From: Telmatocola sphagniphila
GTDB taxonomy: Bacteria > Planctomycetota > Planctomycetia > Gemmatales > Gemmataceae
NCBI RefSeq assembly: GCF_018398935.1
Contig: NZ_CP074694.1
Coordinates: 330,001-362,000 of the forward strand
Reading direction: 5' to 3'
DNA length: 32,000 nucleotides
The notes beneath the pieces are model-generated. The model had not been told where the DNA came from. It made no database searches and saw only the letters and a list, made by a program, of their open reading frames with translations. Of this stretch, positions 26,559 through 32,000 are shown one piece after another. The position numbers and the translations under genes are program-made. Within the stretch, counting starts at the first letter, position 1. Every line of letters starts with the position of its first letter.

Positions 26559-26584
26559 AAGAGATTAGCGAAAGCGAATCTCTT
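26559..26584 (-). promoter_or_regulatory. 5' leader hairpin upstream of DUF1559 #4
   Basis: In mRNA sense: AAGAGATTCGC-tttc-GCTAATCTCTT (8 bp, one mismatch, 2 bp), then TTGTCTTTTATTTCTTTTTTTGGGAGATTTTA, then ATG. Confidence 0.45.
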
Positions 26585-26679
26585 GCAAAAGCTCGGGAGT
26601 CCAGGTTCCGTCGTTACGAATTCAGTGAAATCGAAGGAAATGAGGCCGCGACTTCACTTTTATGAAATATTCTCAATAA

Positions 26680-26708
26680 TTAATAATCACTATAACGCCA
26701 CACGTCAA
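26680..26708 (-). promoter_or_regulatory. Putative sigma70-type promoter of cassette 4
   Basis: On the minus strand: TTGACG (26708-26703), a 17-nt spacer, then TATTAA (26685-26680). It sits in an AT-rich island shared divergently with pyrH. Confidence 0.35.
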
Positions 26709-26914
26709 GAAATGGTTTCAAAATATTATTATTTTTATGAGAAATTTTTAAAATGTTAGGAAAAACAAGGTTTGATCGATTTGTTAAAATAATCTTGTTC
26801 AGATAAAGTAATGTTAATTACTTTCGATTTTTGGGGATCATTTTGGAGATCCTCGCCAACTGGGTAAGTTGATCTATAATTTTTGGAAATCCTTCCGTCT
26901 GAATAAAGGTATCC

Positions 26915-27664
26915 ATGAGCGAAACTCCCGATTCGTTGCGCCCCAAGTATAAACGCGTAATCCTGAAGATGTCGGGCGAGGCGTTTGGCCAGAGCGGCAA
27001 AACGGGTATCAGCATCGACGAAACGCTCGAAATCGCCCGCCAAGTCAAACTGGTTGTGGATCGCGGCGTCCAACTGGCGATTGTTGTAGGCGGCGGTAAT
27101 CTTCTCCGCGGAGCTCAATTTTCCGCGGGCGGAGAAGCCATTCGCGAAGCCACAGCACATTACATGGGGATGTTGGCCACCGTCATGAATGGTCTTGCCT
27201 TCCAGGATGCTCTGGAGCTTCACAAAGTCGAAACCCGGCTCATGACCGCCATCCGCATGGAATCGGTGGCCGAACCTTTTGTACGTCGACGGGCACTTCG
27301 GCACCTGGAAAAAGGACGCGTGGTCATTCTTTCGGGGGGAACCAGCAACCCGTTCGTGACAACCGATACCGCGGCGGCTCTGCGAGGGCGGGAACTCGAA
27401 GCCGACATTCTGATGAAGGCTACCCGTGTCGACGGGGTTTACAGTGCCGATCCTGAAAAGAATCCGCACGCCGTGCGCTACGAAAAACTGACTTACCAGC
27501 AGGTGGTTCGCGAAAATCTTCGCGTCATGGATATGTCGGCGATCGATCACTGCATGGAAGCCAAGCTTCCGATTCTGGTGTTCGATTATAAGAAGGTAGG
27601 TAATATCGAGCGGGCCATGGCCGGGCACCCGATAGGCACGCTCGTGACGGATAGTCTCAAATAG
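26915..27664 (+). CDS. pyrH: UMP kinase
   Basis: [33 protein letters not shown] and [13 protein letters not shown] are present. The protein is colinear with PyrH over its full length. Confidence 0.95.
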   Translation: MSETPDSLRPKYKRVILKMSGEAFGQSGKTGISIDETLEIARQVKLVVDRGVQLAIVVGGGNLLRGAQFSAGGEAIREATAHYMGMLATVMNGLAFQDALELHKVETRLMTAIRMESVAEPFVRRRALRHLEKGRVVILSGGTSNPFVTTDTAAALRGRELEADILMKATRVDGVYSADPEKNPHAVRYEKLTYQQVVRENLRVMDMSAIDHCMEAKLPILVFDYKKVGNIERAMAGHPIGTLVTDSLK

Positions 27665-27673
27665 AGGAAACAG

Positions 27674-28129
27674 CTACTTTTTGTCTTTTTGTTTCTTAAG
27701 GATGAAGTAGAAGTTCTTGCTATCCTTTTTGGAGCCGAATTCGGACGGCTTCTTCTCGCCCGGGAAGGCATAGCATAGCTTCAGAGTATCGCTGCTGACT
27801 TCCACGATTCCCTCAGTCGTTGTATCTTTGGCCGGACCTTCCTTGCCCGTCAGTGTGATTGTCACTGGCATGGTCTTCGTGTCCAGTTTGTAGCTCATTT
27901 CGTGTTCCGCCTTCGAATTATCGGTACCGAAGATCTGGATCAGGTCCTTGCTGATGACAATCTTACCCAAGAGGGCCTTTTCCTCCGATTTCTCGCCCAT
28001 TTTGGTGCCTTCGGTGATTTTCCAATCTCCGATCATCAGATAGGGATCGAACTTGTCGGCTTTTTGAGCGGACGCCGTTCCCATGAGACTGCATAGAACT
28101 AAGGTGCCGAAGGTCATCGCGGTTCGCAT
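27674..28129 (-). CDS. Secreted TIGR03067-like (lipocalin-like, planctomycete-type) domain protein
   Basis: The signal peptide ends in TASA-QK. GDWKITEG...ISKDLIQIF...YKLDTKTMPVTITL...EGIVEVSSDTLKLCYAFPGEKKPSEF fits my recollection of the TIGR03067 pattern. The C-terminus is Lys-rich. Confidence 0.7.
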   Translation of the reverse strand: MRTAMTFGTLVLCSLMGTASAQKADKFDPYLMIGDWKITEGTKMGEKSEEKALLGKIVISKDLIQIFGTDNSKAEHEMSYKLDTKTMPVTITLTGKEGPAKDTTTEGIVEVSSDTLKLCYAFPGEKKPSEFGSKKDSKNFYFILKKQKDKK

Positions 28130-28362
28130 TCAATACTCTCCGAAATTAAGAAATGATTACCAAGATCAGAAGCACTGCCCTTTGATCGTTGGGTTAATCC
28201 CCAGACTCAAGCGGTTTCAGACAGGTTCTGAGTTATCATGCAACGAGTGAGGCTAAAGGCAAGACATTCCGATAATGCCGTTTGTGACATTTGCATTTCA
28301 TTCCAGGCGCTCTACGAATTAGTAGCCTGCGTCGTGTACTCGCCTTCTCCCGACTGAGGTGG

Positions 28363-30072
28363 ATGGGAGCGAACACGTCGCTGTTCATTAGCGATAGCGG
28401 AATGCCCGAGATGAAGAGGTTAACGCGTATGACTACCGTGACCAAGATCCTGCCAGGGACCAGTGATTGGTTTGCCGGCCAGGTTATCCAGTCGAAAGTT
28501 GCGGATCGATCGCTGGTAAATTCCACCTTGGAATCCTACCAGAAGTCGAATCCATTCAATGATGCTGTGAAAGTCTCCGAGCATTTCGTTCAACTGGGGA
28601 TCATTACGTCTTTTCAGGCCAAACGCATTCTTGAAGGAGAGTCGCAACGCCTGTGTATCGGCGCGTACACCATCAAGGATATTCTGGGTACCGGAAGTCT
28701 CGGCGCTGTCTATTCCGCCATCGGACGCGGCGATAAAAAGCCCTATGCGCTGAAGATTCTGCCGAAGCGCAACATGTGGAATACCAAGCTCGCACGTAAG
28801 CAGGTAGATACATTCGAAAAAATCCCGTTACTCGAAGGGCTGGTTCCTTTCGTTGACGTGGGAACTTCGCACGGGCTGCATTATCTGGCCTGGCCCAAGG
28901 TGGAAGGGCGTTCGCTCGAGCAAATTGTTCGCGAATTCGGCCCGCTGCCTCCGGAAGAAGCGGCCCGCATCGCCGTGAGTCTGGCCGGGATGCTGGATGT
29001 CTGCCACGAACATAAGATTTTGCACGGGATGGTGAAACCTTCCAACGTCTTCATCGGCGAAGGGGGAACGGTCCATCTGCTGGATTTCGGGATCGGGGCA
29101 ATCCTGGCCGAAAACTGCGAGGAATACGAGTCTCTGCTCGATACCAGTTCCGCCGCGACCGCGGTGGGCCGCATGCTCGAGTGTGCGGCTCCGGAAGTCG
29201 TGGTCCATTCGTCGCGTTGGGCTCCGACTTGCGATCAGTATAGTCTGGGTTGCACCATCTACTTTGCGGTGACCGGGCGATTCCCTTTCCCCGGCGGCAA
29301 CTTCGTGGACAAGATTACCGCTCACCAAAGTAAAGTGCCCACGCCCATCAGCAGCTTGATTCCTCAGACGCCGGGCTTGTTGGTGCAATGCATCGAGCGA
29401 ATGATGGAGAAATCGCCGCTCGATCGCTACTCGCGATTGGCCATGGTAATGTCCGAACTGAAAGATCTCGCGGTATTGACCCCGCCCCCACGGCCTGCAC
29501 CTCTTCCGATCGATGCCCGCACTCCACCGCCCAAGAGCAGTATGGTCATTCAATTACCCCCTATGGAGCCCAAACTACCGCGCGGGCCTGTAGAAATGCC
29601 CTTACCGGAACCGACGGTGAAATCGGCGGGACTGAAAAAAGTGGTCGGCTGGTTCGTGGGAGAAATTTCCGAACCGGTGCAGGTCAGTATTTTCTGCCAG
29701 GGGAATGGTCGGGCGGGCAAGCATACTTTCATTCATCTGGTGGTGCACAATCCTTCCGAAAAATCGGCGATTGTTTCGGAAATTTCCAAAGCCAACCTGC
29801 CGTTGCGGATAGCGGGCAATATCCCCTTGAAAGAAATTATCCGGCGCGGTTCCAAATTGGCTTTTCATTTGCACGCTTCGCTCGGAATGCTCGATGAAGC
29901 CAAGAAATCCTTTTCCTGGGAGGGGAATGCGGTTACCCAGCATTACAGCCTGATGCTGCCGCCCGATTGCCCGCCGGGGCCACTGCCGTTGAAGCTGTTT
30001 GTCGGTCAAAATGGTAATGTCATCGGCCAAATTGACTTCGTTTTGCCGGTGATGGCTCATTCCGACTATTAG
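28363..30072 (+). CDS. Protein-kinase-fold protein lacking the catalytic Asp (predicted pseudokinase or atypical kinase) with an unknown C-terminal domain
   Basis: GTGSLGAVYSA, YALKIL, DFG and APE are present, but HRD is replaced by HGM (ILHGMVKPSNVFI). The start is uncertain, with candidates TTG 28291, ATG 28363, 28402, 28411 and 28429. No TM segment is seen. Confidence 0.8.
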   Translation: MGANTSLFISDSGMPEMKRLTRMTTVTKILPGTSDWFAGQVIQSKVADRSLVNSTLESYQKSNPFNDAVKVSEHFVQLGIITSFQAKRILEGESQRLCIGAYTIKDILGTGSLGAVYSAIGRGDKKPYALKILPKRNMWNTKLARKQVDTFEKIPLLEGLVPFVDVGTSHGLHYLAWPKVEGRSLEQIVREFGPLPPEEAARIAVSLAGMLDVCHEHKILHGMVKPSNVFIGEGGTVHLLDFGIGAILAENCEEYESLLDTSSAATAVGRMLECAAPEVVVHSSRWAPTCDQYSLGCTIYFAVTGRFPFPGGNFVDKITAHQSKVPTPISSLIPQTPGLLVQCIERMMEKSPLDRYSRLAMVMSELKDLAVLTPPPRPAPLPIDARTPPPKSSMVIQLPPMEPKLPRGPVEMPLPEPTVKSAGLKKVVGWFVGEISEPVQVSIFCQGNGRAGKHTFIHLVVHNPSEKSAIVSEISKANLPLRIAGNIPLKEIIRRGSKLAFHLHASLGMLDEAKKSFSWEGNAVTQHYSLMLPPDCPPGPLPLKLFVGQNGNVIGQIDFVLPVMAHSDY

Positions 30073-30145
30073 GTCGATTTTTCCTATTGGAAAAAACGGC
30101 GAAAAAGGTCAGTATGGAGATAGATGCCTTGGATGGGGATCTATC

Positions 30146-31084
30146 ATGATCAAGATCGCAGTGACTGCGGATTTACATTTTGGTACGCGGCATACCTCGG
30201 GGTATCAGGCGACACTCGATCTCTATTCAGATCTGGCCGATAACACCCCCGATATTCTGATTCTGGCCGGAGATATCGGTGCGGGAGAAGAATTCGAACG
30301 CTGCCTGTCGCTATTCCAGGCTCTGGAATGTCAAAAGCTCGTCGTACCCGGAAATCACGATATCTGGGTGCGCCAGGGCGATGAGCGGGGCGATTCATTT
30401 CAGGTCTACGATCGCTATATTCCCGAACTGTGCGATCGCTACGGCTTTCATTACCTGGATCATGCACCTTATCTATTTTCCCACGAAGGCCTCGCAATCA
30501 TCGGCTCGATGAACTGGTACGATGGCAGCTGGGGAGCGGAGCAATTGCGGTTACGCGTGCCCGACTGGCAGGAACGCCTGTCGAGCAAGCGCTTCAGCCG
30601 CGGCATGCATAACGACGCCAACTTCATCCGCTGGGACTTTACCGATCAAACGTTCTGCGAGTGGATTGTCCGTCGCTTTGAAGGCCAGTTGAACCGCGCA
30701 CTCGATGCCGGGTATCAGAGTCTGGTGGTCACCCATCATCCGCCGCTTCAGGAACTGATGTATCCCACCGCGGAGCCGCGCACCTTGGATGAACTCCTCT
30801 GGCCGGCGTTTTCGGGGAACCTCCAGCTGGAAGAGCTGAGCAAGAAGAATCTATCCTCGATTCCCTTCGTGTTCTGCGGGCACACCCACTATGCCCGGAA
30901 GTGCCAGCTGGAATCTTTGCAGGGAATTAACGTCGGGGGCGACTATCACTTCAAAAGGCTGGTTCGGTTGAATTGGCCGACGGGCGAACTATCGGAACAG
31001 ACCTTCGGAGATGCCGCCCTGAATAAAAAAAGACCTGGACGATCGCACTCGCCCAAGTCTCAAGTCCCTCTCGAAAATCGCTGA
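30146..31084 (+). CDS. Metallophosphoesterase (calcineurin-like)
   Basis: TADLHFG, LAGDIG, PGNHD, THHPP and CGHTH match the five metallophosphatase motifs in order. Confidence 0.85.
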   Translation: MIKIAVTADLHFGTRHTSGYQATLDLYSDLADNTPDILILAGDIGAGEEFERCLSLFQALECQKLVVPGNHDIWVRQGDERGDSFQVYDRYIPELCDRYGFHYLDHAPYLFSHEGLAIIGSMNWYDGSWGAEQLRLRVPDWQERLSSKRFSRGMHNDANFIRWDFTDQTFCEWIVRRFEGQLNRALDAGYQSLVVTHHPPLQELMYPTAEPRTLDELLWPAFSGNLQLEELSKKNLSSIPFVFCGHTHYARKCQLESLQGINVGGDYHFKRLVRLNWPTGELSEQTFGDAALNKKRPGRSHSPKSQVPLENR

Positions 31085-31089
31085 TCGCT

Positions 31090-31818
31090 TTACTTCTTGT
31101 CGTTTTCTTTCTTTTCGGGTTCCTTCTTCTCGGCCTTGGCCGAAGCCCGATAACGCCACTCCGGATTATCTACCCAGCGGATATCCGACTGATTTTCATC
31201 GCCCAGTTTCTGGAAGTTCAGTTGCAGCGTCTTGCGCCGAATCACCTTGTCGTCATCCATGGTCCAGCCGTTGGATAAACCGGTGACGAATATGCTGAAG
31301 CGGTTGGTGTCCTTGGCCCGGTCGTAAACGTCGGACCAGATCGCCACACCCGTAACGGCCCGGGGGAACGAATCGGCCTTGGTGACGGGAATATCGTCCT
31401 TGGAGATTGTGACCGAATTCTTGATATCGAGTCTATTCGTCGGGTCTTCGCGCCGTTTGATGGCGTCTTCGACCGACGGCAAGATTTCGTCGGAATGGAC
31501 GGTATGCTTGTCCAGCGTCACCAATTCGAAGTCGGGATAGAACTTCTGCCCGGCATTCGTGCGGTTGATCACCTTGTAGAGCAGGTACCAGACCACCTTG
31601 GTTCCCCGGCCCGGTACATCGACCGTGATCACTCGGGGATCCTTGAAGTTGAAGTGCAGCGTCCAGATATCGCTTTTATCTTCGCGGTGGATGCGGGGTT
31701 CAATGGCTCGCTCGTTGAAATCGCCGCCCTGTTGAGCCAGAAGCGACGAACCAAAATAGAGGCCACCGACCTGGGCCCCAGCCAAATTCAGCCATTGACG
31801 ACGATTCATGCGTTCCAT
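31090..31818 (-). CDS. Hypothetical exported protein with a Tat-like signal and a Lys/Glu-rich C-terminal tail
   Basis: MERMNRRQWLNLAGAQVGGLYFGSSLLAQ has an RR-x-W-L twin-arginine-like motif. GGGGGAA lies about 9 nt upstream of ATG 31818. The C-terminus is KAEKKEPEKKENDKK. I recognise no domain. Confidence 0.65.
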   Translation of the reverse strand: MERMNRRQWLNLAGAQVGGLYFGSSLLAQQGGDFNERAIEPRIHREDKSDIWTLHFNFKDPRVITVDVPGRGTKVVWYLLYKVINRTNAGQKFYPDFELVTLDKHTVHSDEILPSVEDAIKRREDPTNRLDIKNSVTISKDDIPVTKADSFPRAVTGVAIWSDVYDRAKDTNRFSIFVTGLSNGWTMDDDKVIRRKTLQLNFQKLGDENQSDIRWVDNPEWRYRASAKAEKKEPEKKENDKK

Positions 31819-32000
31819 GATTTTTATTCCCCCGACGGATATTCCCTCATTTACCAGAATATCCGACAAAGCGGGACCATAACCAGCACTATTGCAGGAA
31901 TCAATAGAAGATTAATAGTTCCCTTAAGGCGCTTCCGATCCATACGGTATATTTTGACCGGCGTCGGGGCACTTGTCGATTGTAAAAATTGCCAATTGCG

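Noticed and set aside
26756-27628. 290-aa minus-strand ORF
   Set aside because: It is antisense to a full-length pyrH with all UMP-kinase motifs, and has no recognisable features of its own.
28828-30060. 241-aa and 152-aa minus-strand ORFs
   Set aside because: They are antisense to the kinase-fold gene and have an R/H/G-rich shadow-ORF composition.
1-32000. Scan for CRISPR arrays, rRNA/tRNA genes, transposases, integrases, restriction or other recognisable defence genes
   Set aside because: I saw no regularly spaced direct repeats, no RNA-gene signatures, and no DDE, tyrosine/serine recombinase, nuclease or reverse-transcriptase motifs in any frame.

Overview
This 32-kb chromosomal window reads as Planctomycetota. 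My guess is a Gemmatales-like lineage. That guess rests on four DUF1559/H-X9-DG proteins with the N-terminus [34 protein letters not shown], a DWPQFRG beta-propeller, a TIGR03067-like domain and a high density of Ser/Thr kinases. I support about 31 protein-coding genes. I found no rRNA, tRNA, CRISPR array or transposase. The left arm (1-5.4 kb) holds small orphan genes, an ArsR-SRPBCC pair with an ATGA overlap, a RibD_C/DHFR-like gene and three copies of a ~65-nt intergenic repeat. The middle (5.7-19.9 kb) is mostly ordinary: sulfatase, GT4 glycosyltransferase, typA, cupin, two active Ser/Thr kinases, a PQQ-like propeller plus an LTXXQ protein, and a DEAD-box helicase. The most unusual region is 19.9-26.9 kb on the minus strand, where four consecutive self-contained cassettes sit head to tail. 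Each cassette runs: AT-rich promoter island, 5' leader, prepilin-like H-X9-DG (DUF1559) protein, then a ~60-residue mini-lipoprotein precursor (37-46 residues after the lipobox Cys). In three of the four, the leader contains a hairpin, a U-rich tract and GGGAG, and an intrinsic-terminator-like hairpin separates the two genes. The right arm carries pyrH, a TIGR03067-like secreted protein, a kinase-fold protein lacking the catalytic Asp (HGM instead of HRD), a metallophosphoesterase and a Tat-signal protein. All calls come from reading the sequence and the ORF translations by eye, and no database search was possible.
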